A stretch of 64,000 nt of DNA, taken from positions 32,001 to 96,000 of the IMG/VR virus record IMGVR_UViG_3300042923_001459. One strand, 5' to 3'. This document shows, in pieces, positions 40,231 to 49,066 of the stretch. How positions within the stretch are numbered: position 1 is the stretch's first letter; each line of letters begins with the position of its first letter. This DNA is from a virus. The position numbers and the translations under genes were made by a program. The notes under the pieces are model-generated. The model did not search any database. It saw only the letters and a list, made by a program, of their open reading frames with translations, and had not been told where the DNA came from.

Positions 40231-40243
40231 CCGCCAATTGTAT

Positions 40244-40489
40244 TTATTCTGCTAATTCATTCATTGTATCTATTGCATCTACTACATCTAAAACCGTCAT
40301 ATCAACTTGTGCTTTTTCCAATTCAAATTTGATATTTTTATAACAACTCGTACATGTTTTACACTCCATGTACGCCTTTGCATTTGAATTTGCCAATCCA
40401 CCGCATGTCTTACAATTTCCAAGTAGTTGGCGTTTCTTATTTCTTATCTTTTTAGCCTTTAGTTTTTGAAAGAAATTGTCTAATTCCAT
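40244..40489 (-). CDS. C4 zinc finger + shared helix (VLDVVDAIDTMNELAE)
   Basis: CKTC...CTSC. Confidence 0.65.
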   Translation of the reverse strand: MELDNFFQKLKAKKIRNKKRQLLGNCKTCGGLANSNAKAYMECKTCTSCYKNIKFELEKAQVDMTVLDVVDAIDTMNELAE

Positions 40490-40490
40490 T

Positions 40491-40706
40491 TTACGACCTC
40501 GCCAATTGTCTTATTAGTTTTTTACCTTCAACATATTCTTCTAGACCATACCCATCGCCGGCGATCGAATTTCTAAATTCTTCTTCACACTTTTTCTTAC
40601 ATTTTTTGCATAACTCTAAATCTAAATCATCTACCAACATGTACCCACATAATTGACAACAACCGTCAATTGTTTTTATCGTATAGCCAGTCAGATCTAT
40701 TTTCAT
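40491..40706 (-). CDS. C4 zinc finger + shared helix (LEEYVEGKKLIRQLA)
   Basis: CQLC...CKKC. Confidence 0.65.
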   Translation of the reverse strand: MKIDLTGYTIKTIDGCCQLCGYMLVDDLDLELCKKCKKKCEEEFRNSIAGDGYGLEEYVEGKKLIRQLARS

Positions 40707-40707
40707 A

Positions 40708-40938
40708 CTAGCAACTCCCTAACATATTAGCTAATTTTTTATTTTCAATATATTCTTCAAAATCAACCTCCGCACCTTCAGCTCTTAAACTTTTACATTC
40801 TATTTGACATTTAGTTGTACAAACCAAACATAAATCAAGGTTTATTACCACAATTGCTCTTTTTTCGCAAAATACACACATATTATGAACCATTTCTACT
40901 TTTCCGCTAAATGTTATTTTCATACTAACAACTCCCAA
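40708..40938 (-). CDS. C4 zinc finger + shared helix (FEEYIENKKLANMLG)
   Basis: CVFC...CLVC. Confidence 0.65.
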   Translation of the reverse strand: MGVVSMKITFSGKVEMVHNMCVFCEKRAIVVINLDLCLVCTTKCQIECKSLRAEGAEVDFEEYIENKKLANMLGSC

Positions 40939-41173
40939 GTGCGTTTGCTAATTTTTTATATTCTATGTACTCCCTAATCCCCAGTGCTTCCCCTTGCCAC
41001 ACTAACTCCTCTATGTCGAATGTCGCTTTTATGTAACAGCTCGTACACAGTTTATGTCCATTTCTCTCATCATACTCCTTACTGCATAACTCACATCTTA
41101 TCTTATAATAATGTGCGTTCATTGCTACAAATTCCCACCACGTTTTATTCCCTAACCCTCCGCGAACTGTCAC
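40925..41173 (-). CDS. C4 zinc finger + shared helix (IREYIEYKKLANALG)
   Basis: CELC...CTSC; close paralog of the next gene. Confidence 0.65.
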   Translation of the reverse strand: MTVRGGLGNKTWWEFVAMNAHYYKIRCELCSKEYDERNGHKLCTSCYIKATFDIEELVWQGEALGIREYIEYKKLANALGSC

Positions 41174-41494
41174 CTACCATTCCCTCCCTAATTCGTTAGC
41201 TATTTTCTTATATTCGATATACTCGCTAATCTCCACAACCTCCCCTTGCCATATTAACTTCTCTATGTCGAATGTTGCTTTTATGTAACAATTTTCGCAT
41301 AGTTTGTATATGTTAGTTGGCATCAAATGCTTCTTTCCACATATTTCACACTTGTACTTTTTGTTCAAATAGTCTAATACTTCTTGTTGTAACTCCTGTA
41401 TTTCCTTCGTGGTTGCCATCTTATCCCCCCAAGTGTCAGCGTATTTTACTGTCAACTTTTTGCCTTCAATTTTTTTCCAGAAATTTTTTAACAA
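41174..41494 (-). CDS. C4 zinc finger + shared helix (ISEYIEYKKIANELG); start probably 41419 (MATTKE)
   Basis: CEIC...CENC; GGGGGG RBS before 41419. Confidence 0.65.
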   Translation of the reverse strand: MLKNFWKKIEGKKLTVKYADTWGDKMATTKEIQELQQEVLDYLNKKYKCEICGKKHLMPTNIYKLCENCYIKATFDIEKLIWQGEVVEISEYIEYKKIANELGREW

Positions 41495-41542
41495 CCCTTA
41501 TGTCCAATCCTATTTTTGCTTAATTTTTTCTCTAGAAATTTT

Positions 41543-41656
41543 TTACTGCCCTAATGCCTTACTCATAAACATTACAAATCCTACAAATATGCCCATTATG
41601 CCTGCCAACATTGCCAACCAAAACAGCCCAATAGCCCATAATCGCTTCATATCCAT
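41543..41656 (-). CDS. small membrane peptide, 37 aa (MDMKRLWAIGLFWLAMLAGIMGIFVGFVMFMSKALGQ)
   Basis: Hand translation; GAGGG RBS; below the track length cutoff. Confidence 0.5.
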   Translation of the reverse strand: MDMKRLWAIGLFWLAMLAGIMGIFVGFVMFMSKALGQ

Positions 41657-42012
41657 TGCCCTCACTGCCCTCTCCCGTTACTCTACTAATACTTTGTTTA
41701 GTACCAACAACTCCAGAAAAACACCTTAAATTTTACCCGTGATTTAGCGGGTATCTGCCCACCCTCTAGAGGCCCTCTGGGACCTTTCTAGGCACTTTTA
41801 CAGCTGATAGGTATACCGCTGCCGCCGTATTACCTTATATATATATTATATCACATTAACGTTCTTTTGTAAACGGTTTGTTTAAAATTTGTTTAGACTG
41901 CTAGACGGTTCAATCGGTTGTCAAGACTTCTGGTTCTGTCCTCAGGTTTTCTATCGCGAGGCCAAAGCTTTTGAGAAGTCTGGGGAAAACCCTAAGATTC
42001 TCCCCAATTCTC

Positions 42013-42228
42013 TTACATCATATCGATTCCGACGAGTTCTACGATAGATTCAATACAACCTGAGTCAATGAATGCATCGAAGTCTCTGTCGTTCAGGTCT
42101 GCTACATCATAGTCATTCAGAATTCGTTTAACTACTTCATCTACCATTTCGTCAGTAAAGTTATCCCATTGTCTGTCAGCTTCTGCTCTTATTTCATTTC
42201 GGAAATACTTAAGTCTGTTATCATCCAT
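42013..42228 (-). CDS. small acidic protein
   Basis: Own promoter and RBS. Confidence 0.75.
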   Translation of the reverse strand: MDDNRLKYFRNEIRAEADRQWDNFTDEMVDEVVKRILNDYDVADLNDRDFDAFIDSGCIESIVELVGIDMM

Positions 42229-42316
42229 TTTGTTTCCTCCTTTGTACTACCTTATAGAATAATTATATCACAAAGGAGTTGAGTTGTAAACTGTTTTTAA
42301 ATAAAAAAGAGAGAGC

Positions 42317-42601
42317 CTATGCTCCCTCCTCCTTAAAGAGAAATTCAATGAATGGTTCTGCTTCATTTCCAATAGCATCTCGAAAGTAATCCTTTACATT
42401 TTCAACTTCATTCTTTAGCGTTTCAATTGGAAAGTTATTGATTACGTGTGATACATATTGCCAGCCTCTAGGATAGAGATTTTGTTCCGGGTCGAATAGT
42501 TTGTCCGGATTCTGTTGTATGTAGTTTACTACCTTTTGATTTACTGCGCCAGTCTTTCCATACTCTATCCAGTCCTTTACATCGACACTAAACATTGCCA
42601 T
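42317..42601 (-). CDS. small protein resembling an isolated MoxR/AAA+ lid domain
   Basis: DWIEY...YIQQNPDKLF...YPRGWQYVS. Confidence 0.55.
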   Translation of the reverse strand: MAMFSVDVKDWIEYGKTGAVNQKVVNYIQQNPDKLFDPEQNLYPRGWQYVSHVINNFPIETLKNEVENVKDYFRDAIGNEAEPFIEFLFKEEGA

Positions 42602-42705
42602 TTTGTTTCCCCCTTCATTATTACCTTATAGATTTATTATATCACAATTGTTTGCTTGTGTAAACTGTTTTTTAAATGAAGAAAGGAGAGCAATTAAGCT
42701 CTCCT

Positions 42706-43113
42706 CTAGAATTGGAAGCACCATGAACCACCACGAACGCCGAACACTAGGTCTTCGCTTTTACAAAGCTCATCGACTCTTTCAACTCTACTTTCAATTA
42801 AGTCGGAGTCTTTATCGTACCCAACATAGAACCGACACATTTCATGAAACTCTTCTTTATACTCGTATTGTGGAATGATTTCAAGGAACTCACCTGGAGC
42901 AAAGATAGTTTTGAACTTGTTCTCATCTCTTAAATCCAATGAGATAGTATCGAAGTCTCCGCCTTCTTGTCCGCTACGGAATTCAGTAATGTCGATGTTA
43001 CCAAACTTAGCTGGTTTGATTATCATTGAAGTGCCGTTAGCATTGTGTTTGATATAATCAATCTTGTTGCAGTCCTTCGTACGTTTGAAGTTAATCCCGT
43101 TACATGATTTCAT
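42706..43113 (-). CDS. hypothetical early protein
   Basis: Own promoter, RBS, terminator. Confidence 0.75.
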   Translation of the reverse strand: MKSCNGINFKRTKDCNKIDYIKHNANGTSMIIKPAKFGNIDITEFRSGQEGGDFDTISLDLRDENKFKTIFAPGEFLEIIPQYEYKEEFHEMCRFYVGYDKDSDLIESRVERVDELCKSEDLVFGVRGGSWCFQF

Positions 43114-43201
43114 TGTGTTGCCTCCTTTGATTACCTTATAGATTAATTATATCACAATTGTTAAGAGTTGTAAACTGTTTTTTAAAAGAAGAGAGGAGGG
43201 A

Positions 43202-43543
43202 TTACCCCCTCCATAATAATGCGTGGTATCTTTCCAAATCCAATAGCTTTGCCTTAGCATCATGAGGTTTTAGTTTCTCCTCTATGATTTCAGAGAAAAC
43301 TTCATTGGCATTTAATCCAATTGCATAAGGGATTCCCATTAGGCGATTGAAGTCTTCTCTGTTGTCAACAGATTTTGCCAATAGGTTTTCAATTTTCAAT
43401 TGTGTGTTGTAATCTTTTCTTTCTTCCTTGTTCATCTTTGGTAAGTCCGTATCTCTATCTGGGTTGATGATGATTTCTAATCCCGTTGAACCTACATGGA
43501 ATATTCTCCGTTTGCTTTTTAATTCCTTGAAATAGTTATTCAT
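43202..43543 (-). CDS. hypothetical early protein
   Basis: Own promoter, RBS, terminator. Confidence 0.75.
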   Translation of the reverse strand: MNNYFKELKSKRRIFHVGSTGLEIIINPDRDTDLPKMNKEERKDYNTQLKIENLLAKSVDNREDFNRLMGIPYAIGLNANEVFSEIIEEKLKPHDAKAKLLDLERYHALLWRG

Positions 43544-43631
43544 TTGATTCCCTCCTTTGATTACCTTATAGATTAATTATATCATAATTGTTTGATTGTG
43601 TAAACTGTTTTTTAAACAGCAAAAAAGAGAG

Positions 43632-43865
43632 TCAGTTGACTCCCTTCAGTCTTTTGCGTCTCATCATGTCTTGATATGATGTGCGGTCCGGTTGAATGAA
43701 GAGGTTGTACTCTTCTTCAGTAAAGCCAAGGAATTCTTGCAGAGTTCTTTCTTCATCTGCATCGTCATGCCAGTTATCAACGTAATCATCTACGTCTTTA
43801 AGTTCTGCGTTGCCGTCAATATAGTCTTGAACAAATGTACTCATACTAGTTTCTCCTCCGTCCAT
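43632..43865 (-). CDS. hypothetical protein, paralog of 51509-51706 (start probably 43844, MSTFVQD)
   Basis: TFVQD...LQ.FLGFT. Confidence 0.7.
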   Translation of the reverse strand: MDGGETSMSTFVQDYIDGNAELKDVDDYVDNWHDDADEERTLQEFLGFTEEEYNLFIQPDRTSYQDMMRRKRLKGVN

Positions 43866-44056
43866 ACAGTTCTACGTAAAAATTGATTCCGCATTTCTTG
43901 CAGTTCTCCAAGTCCCTTTGCTAACTCGATTGTATCTTCTCCTGCTAGAGCAGCGCGTCCAATCATATCAGAAGTTTGTTCAATTTGTTTCTGAATGCTG
44001 TCATACATACGAAGTACTTCGCCAACCTTACATGGCTTCATGTCTGAATGATTCAT
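43841..44056 (-). CDS. hypothetical helical protein
   Basis: ATGA coupling. Confidence 0.6.
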   Translation of the reverse strand: MNHSDMKPCKVGEVLRMYDSIQKQIEQTSDMIGRAALAGEDTIELAKGLGELQEMRNQFLRRTVWTEEKLV

Positions 44057-44065
44057 CGTATCTCT

Positions 44066-44137
44066 TCACCGCTTCTTTCTAAAGTAGAATACTAAATAGA
44101 TTATTAATCCAATACCGAACCATTTAATAATGTCCAT
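44066..44137 (-). CDS. 23-aa membrane peptide (MDIIKWFGIGLIIYLVFYFRKKR)
   Basis: Hand translation; AAGGAGG RBS. Confidence 0.6.
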   Translation of the reverse strand: MDIIKWFGIGLIIYLVFYFRKKR

Positions 44138-44167
44138 GACCGTTCCTCCTTTGAGGAGAGGGGAGGA

Positions 44168-44347
44168 TTACTCCTCTCCCTCATAGAATGTTTCACCAGT
44201 CTCTTCTCCCCATTGGGAGCGTGGTGCAAGTGCTTGCCCAGCTCCGTTGTATTCAACTCCGCATGCGCATTTGTTTGCCCAGGCTGATGTAAGTTTTACT
44301 TCGTTCTCGTCGCAGTAACGACATTGAATTGTTCTGATTTGTCTCAT
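44168..44347 (-). CDS. 59-aa zinc-ribbon protein (MRQIRTIQCRYC...CACG...QWGEETGETFYEGEE)
   Basis: Hand translation; own promoter and RBS. Confidence 0.7.
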   Translation of the reverse strand: MRQIRTIQCRYCDENEVKLTSAWANKCACGVEYNGAGQALAPRSQWGEETGETFYEGEE

Positions 44348-44450
44348 TTGAATTCCTCCAGTGTTTTTGTATTGGATTACCTTATAGATTAATTATATCA
44401 CAGACTTTTGATTATGTAAACTGTTTTTTAAAAGAGGAAAGGGAGCTAAA

Positions 44451-44675
44451 TTACAGCTCCCACATGTCGTTCTTATGAATGTCTATCTTACCTGTGACTG
44501 GGTCCATGCACGCTGAGTTCCAGTTACCTTCCTCGTCTGTAATCTTGAGGAAGGGTTCATCACAATAGACATCGGCTTCTAGGATAACTCCGAATTTAGC
44601 ACATAGAGTTTCCAATTGTCCTTGGAATTCTAGTCTCTCCTCAGGAGAGAGTTTTAGTCCGTCTGTTCTGCTCAT
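44451..44675 (-). CDS. hypothetical early protein
   Basis: ATGA coupling; RBS GGAGG. Confidence 0.7.
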   Translation of the reverse strand: MSRTDGLKLSPEERLEFQGQLETLCAKFGVILEADVYCDEPFLKITDEEGNWNSACMDPVTGKIDIHKNDMWEL

Positions 44676-44914
44676 ATTGTTGCAATCCTCCGTTTCATTT
44701 CCAATGCTTCTTCCATTTCATGTAAATCCATTTCAATCATTGTAATCTCTTCGTTGAGAGCTTGGCGATGATTCTCAATGTGCAATGGGGTCCAGCTTTG
44801 TCCGACATCTTCGCGTTCCGCTTTCTTCCGTTCAATGTTTTCCTTGCGTTCCTTAATCATCTTCTCTAATCCATTGATTGAGTAGTATAATGCATAATCA
44901 CCTTGGCTCTTCAT
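44672..44914 (-). CDS. hypothetical coiled-coil protein
   Basis: Own promoter and RBS. Confidence 0.75.
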   Translation of the reverse strand: MKSQGDYALYYSINGLEKMIKERKENIERKKAEREDVGQSWTPLHIENHRQALNEEITMIEMDLHEMEEALEMKRRIATI

Positions 44915-45093
44915 TGTTGTTCCTCCTTTGATTACCTTATAAGATAATTATATCATGGTTAATCAATCATGTAAACTGTTTTTTAAGAATACTCTGTCAT
45001 ATCTCGTGAATCATAAAAGGAAGGATAAGGATATATATTATCCTGATTTCTGATTCAATCTGGTGACAAATAAAAAAGAGAGCGTTAGCTCTC

Positions 45094-45450
45094 TTAGTAA
45101 AGCCCACTTCCTGTTCCGAATCCGCAGCGTCCGCAAACAACTCCCATATATCCACGGCTTGGTCCGTTAACATCTTCTGCTTCGAAATTGTGTCCTTTCT
45201 CTTCACATTCTTTGAAGCGAGATATTTGTTCTTTAACTCCAGTTATTGCTAGTTCCATCTCATTGTCTGTCGCCTCGTTTGCTTCCTTTGCCTTGATTTC
45301 AGCTTCTTCAATTGTCATGCCTTCTTCTTTCATGTAGTAGAACACGTGGTCTCCAATAGATTCAACACGCATAAAGAAGTTCAGTTCTTCTTGTGTTGCG
45401 CTATCAAGACTGGTAACCAACAATACATACTGTTCGTATGTCATTTTCAT
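45094..45450 (-). CDS. hypothetical protein with C-terminal Cys/His cluster
   Basis: CEEKGH...CGRCG; own promoter. Confidence 0.75.
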   Translation of the reverse strand: MKMTYEQYVLLVTSLDSATQEELNFFMRVESIGDHVFYYMKEEGMTIEEAEIKAKEANEATDNEMELAITGVKEQISRFKECEEKGHNFEAEDVNGPSRGYMGVVCGRCGFGTGSGLY

Positions 45451-45541
45451 TTGTATTCCTCCTTTGATTACCTTATAGATTAATTATATCACAGTTGTTG
45501 AGAGTTGTAAACTGTTTTTTAAAAAGAAGAGAGGAGTATTT

Positions 45542-45850
45542 TTAGTCCTCCTCGTCTTCCTCTATTTCGTCCAAGTGACAATCACAACAACATGGATGAC
45601 ATCCGCAAGATAACAATCTATCATCTTCATGCAAGTCATCATACGTTGCTTCTAGTTCTTCTTCGTTGTTTTCCCAATCACTGGGTTCATCATGCATGAA
45701 GTCATCTTCTTCTTCAAACTTGTCATCCTCAACGAGGAGCTTGGCGCCTTCCCATTCAGCTCCGCACATACAAATTAAATCGCCATCTACTTTGTGAGGT
45801 CCGCAATATGGAGATGGTCTATCGCAGAATCTGCATTCATAATGTGCCAT
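45542..45850 (-). CDS. acidic Cys-rich protein
   Basis: Own promoter and terminator. Confidence 0.75.
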   Translation of the reverse strand: MAHYECRFCDRPSPYCGPHKVDGDLICMCGAEWEGAKLLVEDDKFEEEDDFMHDEPSDWENNEEELEATYDDLHEDDRLLSCGCHPCCCDCHLDEIEEDEED

Positions 45851-45940
45851 TGTTCTTCCTCCTTTGATTACCTTATAAGATAATTATATCACAGATTATA
45901 GAACTTGTAAACTGTTTTTTAACAACAAAAAAGGAGAGGG

Positions 45941-46408
45941 TTAGCTCTCCTCCCCTAAACAACTATCACATCGACAACCATCATCACAATCATCGTCATC
46001 GTCATCTTCTTCCTCTTCATCCGCTATGACAATTTTGACCACTCGTTCTACTTCTTCTCTAAGATTATCCTCAAGTGTGTCTTCACCTTCTAACCAGCTT
46101 CCACTTGACCACGGGTAACTTCTCTGCACTTCATAAGTTACATCTTCCTCTTCCTCTTCTTCTACTTCGCAATCACAATCATCTCCATCTTCGCAATCAT
46201 CATCCTCGTCGTTCTCTTCTTTCTCTTCGGCTTGATAAGTGAGTTGGCAATCATGGAATGCGTCCATCTCTTCTTCAGTAAAGAGATGTTCTAAACCATT
46301 ATCTTCTATTGCAGCGCCGAAATAAGCAAGACTATGATGTCTATCAGGTATTGCATTATATATCGCATCTACTACCTCTTTAAGTTGCTCATCAGTTAAT
46401 TGACTCAT
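45941..46408 (-). CDS. extremely acidic protein
   Basis: Long D/E tracts; own promoter and terminator. Confidence 0.75.
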   Translation of the reverse strand: MSQLTDEQLKEVVDAIYNAIPDRHHSLAYFGAAIEDNGLEHLFTEEEMDAFHDCQLTYQAEEKEENDEDDDCEDGDDCDCEVEEEEEEDVTYEVQRSYPWSSGSWLEGEDTLEDNLREEVERVVKIVIADEEEEDDDDDDCDDGCRCDSCLGEES

Positions 46409-46498
46409 TTTGTTTCCTCCTTTGATTACCTTATAGATTAATTATAACACAATTGTTAGGGTTTGTAAACAGCTTTTTAAAACAAAAAAAGGAGAGCG

Positions 46499-46696
46499 TT
46501 AGCTCTCCTCAATTGGTGCAAACATACGTTGGAAGTTCCTGAACATCTTGGCTCCATCTTGCCATAGTTCATTTGGTGATGGTTTGATCATGAAGTTACC
46601 TTGTTGTCCCATCTTCACCACATGTCCTAATGCTTCGAGCAAATCATCGAATTCAAGTATGTCTAAGCAATTTGGGTAAACGATTTGAATTTTCAT
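46499..46696 (-). CDS. hypothetical early protein
   Basis: Cassette. Confidence 0.75.
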   Translation of the reverse strand: MKIQIVYPNCLDILEFDDLLEALGHVVKMGQQGNFMIKPSPNELWQDGAKMFRNFQRMFAPIEES

Positions 46697-46806
46697 TTTG
46701 TTCCTCCTTTGTGATTACCTTATAGAATAATTATATCACAAACTTTTGAATTTGTAAACTGTTTTTTAAGACAAAAAAAGGAGAGGGATTTCTCCCTCTC
46801 GTACTT

Positions 46807-47037
46807 TCATCTTGCTAATTCTTTGAGCCTTTCTATAAAACGTACTTCATCTTTCGGATAGTGCTTTTCAAAGTACTCAATTGCCATTTCAACTGGCAAT
46901 CCGTCAAGCATTTTGCTACACCACTGGTATCTGTCGGTTTCTACACCAAACATATCGTCGTCAACTTCATAGTGGTACATCCATTTCAACTCTATTTTGT
47001 AGCACCTTATTACAAAATCTCGAAGTTCTTGGTTCAT
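46807..47037 (-). CDS. hypothetical early protein
   Basis: Cassette. Confidence 0.75.
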   Translation of the reverse strand: MNQELRDFVIRCYKIELKWMYHYEVDDDMFGVETDRYQWCSKMLDGLPVEMAIEYFEKHYPKDEVRFIERLKELAR

Positions 47038-47128
47038 TGTTATTTCCTCCTTCGTTATTACCTTATAGATTAATTATATCACAATCGTTTGGGTTTGTAA
47101 ATTGTTTTTTAAAAGAAAAGAGAGGGTG

Positions 47129-47392
47129 TTACCCCTCTACCTTTAATTCATACCAAGTATCTGAATAGCCATTTGCTGCTGCGTTTGTTACAGCATTATT
47201 GAGATTTGATACCAATGATTTAATTGTTTTAGGTTCTAAGTTAATTTTCTTATTACCTTTTTCATGTTGCCATGATTTCCCGACTTCAAGAGTGTAACCA
47301 AAATATTTAATAAATTCTTCTAAAGTTCTAGCAATCTCCGTTGTTTGTCCTCTACGATGTTTGATGATTGTGAAAATCTTTGGTTCTTTCAT
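47129..47392 (-). CDS. hypothetical early protein
   Basis: Cassette; YFGYTLEVGKSW...KKINLEPKTIKSL. Confidence 0.75.
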   Translation of the reverse strand: MKEPKIFTIIKHRRGQTTEIARTLEEFIKYFGYTLEVGKSWQHEKGNKKINLEPKTIKSLVSNLNNAVTNAAANGYSDTWYELKVEG

Positions 47393-47492
47393 TGTTTATT
47401 CCTCCTTTGTTTTTGTATTACCTTATAAGATAATTATATCACAAACTTTTGATTATGTAAACTGTTTTTTAAAAAAGAGGGTGTTACCCCTC

Positions 47493-47711
47493 TCATTTGG
47501 TATTTAACTTGATGAGTTTAACTATCTTATCAAGTAGTTCAATTGCTTCCATTGCAAGTTCATATCCTTGTTCGGAATTGATTTTTCCAAAAATTCGGAG
47601 ATCGTTTGGAGTACCGGATAAATCGTCTAATACACCTATTGCCTGTTCAAGATGCGCTATTACTTCTTTGTTCTCTACATTTTGGTCAAATATCATTTTG
47701 TTTTCCTCCAA
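47493..47711 (-). CDS. hypothetical helical protein (start probably 47696, MIFDQ)
   Basis: Cassette. Confidence 0.7.
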   Translation of the reverse strand: MEENKMIFDQNVENKEVIAHLEQAIGVLDDLSGTPNDLRIFGKINSEQGYELAMEAIELLDKIVKLIKLNTK

Positions 47712-47799
47712 TGTTTTTTAATTTGTATTACCTTATAGAATAATTATATCACAATTGTTGGGTCTTGTAAACTGTTTTTTAACATAAAAAAAACCAGGC

Positions 47800-48195
47800 T
47801 TAGATAGCCTGGTCAATAACTGCTGGGTATTGTGGTGTGTAGAGTTCGATATCGATTTCATCTACGCCAACCAGAGTGTCCTGTGTTTCACCAGTTTTTG
47901 GATTGAATAGTTTACCTTTAAAGGCGTTTCGTTTAGCTGAGGGCTTAACGATTTGGACCTGACGTCCTGTAGCCCAACCGCTTACCACATTTACGATATC
48001 GCCTTCCTTGAATGCTGGTGTTTCAACTTCATACCATTTGCCAGCTTTTGGAGCTTGGGTGGCAGCCATTTTATCAATTGCTTCATTGATTTGAGTAATA
48101 AGAGTTTCTGCTTTAACTCCAACCACCTTGAGGTCAAAGAGTTTACCAATTTCTTGAGCTACCTTGTAGTTTGTTTCGTTTGTAAGTTTTTTCAT
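47800..48195 (-). CDS. KOW/SH3-like protein, paralog of 53880-54281
   Basis: FKEGDIVNVVSGWATGRQVQI. Confidence 0.7.
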   Translation of the reverse strand: MKKLTNETNYKVAQEIGKLFDLKVVGVKAETLITQINEAIDKMAATQAPKAGKWYEVETPAFKEGDIVNVVSGWATGRQVQIVKPSAKRNAFKGKLFNPKTGETQDTLVGVDEIDIELYTPQYPAVIDQAI

Positions 48196-48287
48196 TTTAA
48201 TTCCTCCAATGTTTTTTAATTTGTATTACCTTATAGAATAATTATATCACAAGTCTTAGTACTTGTAAACTGTTTTTTTAAAAGTTT

Positions 48288-48500
48288 TTATGCTGTTCTT
48301 CGTATGTATACTTGGTGCACCAGTTTTGAAAGTCTTTTCATGTCAAGAAATGATATGAAGTTCTTACCGCGATATGCTGCCGGGAATGGTTGACCTTTGA
48401 ACTGGTAAGGGCGTCCAAGTTTTTCTGTTAATCTTATTCTCTTTGCCGGTCTTTCTTTCATCATTAACTTTAGTTCTGTGAGTTTTTCTGTGTTTAGCAT
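48288..48500 (-). CDS. small basic protein
   Basis: Cassette. Confidence 0.7.
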   Translation of the reverse strand: MLNTEKLTELKLMMKERPAKRIRLTEKLGRPYQFKGQPFPAAYRGKNFISFLDMKRLSKLVHQVYIRRTA

Positions 48501-48670
48501 TTTGTTTCCTCCTTTGTTTTTGTATTACCTTATAGAATAATTATATCACAAACTTTTGAATGTGTAAACTGTTTTTTAAAATTCTCTAGTGATTTCTCGT
48601 GAATGAAAGATTTTAGGGTAAAGGATATATATTACCGATTAAACTGATGAACACAGAAAAAAACGATGGG

Positions 48671-49045
48671 CTAGTCAATCAACTCCACCGTGATTCGTAC
48701 TCGTCTTCCTTTGTAAGCGCTTCCTATCTCATTCTCAATCAACTTACTGTATCCCGGACCTTGCTCGTCAATCAAAATCAAAGCATAGTCCTCGTAATCA
48801 CACCCGTTGTCTCCAACCAAACCTTCCATCACTAGGGTGTCGTCTTGCTCACCTTCAATTACCTTACCATAATAAACTTCATACTGCTTGGAGATACTTG
48901 CTACGTCTTTATCAAGAACAGCTTGCGCTTCCTCACGTGTTGCATACTTCCGTGTACTTGTCCATACATCGTTGCGGTCAATCACTTTTCCAGGACCAAT
49001 TGGTTGGATATAACGGTACGATATTTCTGCTTGGTATGTTTTCAT
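48671..49045 (-). CDS. hypothetical early protein
   Basis: RBS GGAGG. Confidence 0.7.
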   Translation of the reverse strand: MKTYQAEISYRYIQPIGPGKVIDRNDVWTSTRKYATREEAQAVLDKDVASISKQYEVYYGKVIEGEQDDTLVMEGLVGDNGCDYEDYALILIDEQGPGYSKLIENEIGSAYKGRRVRITVELID

Positions 49046-49066
49046 TTTAATTCCTCCAATGTGTTT

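Noticed and set aside
27188-41494. Diversity-generating retroelement as the source of repeat variation
   Set aside because: No reverse transcriptase and no near-identical template/variable repeat pair; divergence looks ancient and indel-rich.
44997-45206. Alternate-frame minus ORFs (also 726-1097, 3815-4018, 16369-16629, 27517-27705, 28987-29232, 29386-29577, 54898-55086, 57699-57890, 57767-57988, 58494-58676, 59047-59232, 61283-61480)
   Set aside because: They overlap better-supported genes in another frame and have no RBS of their own.
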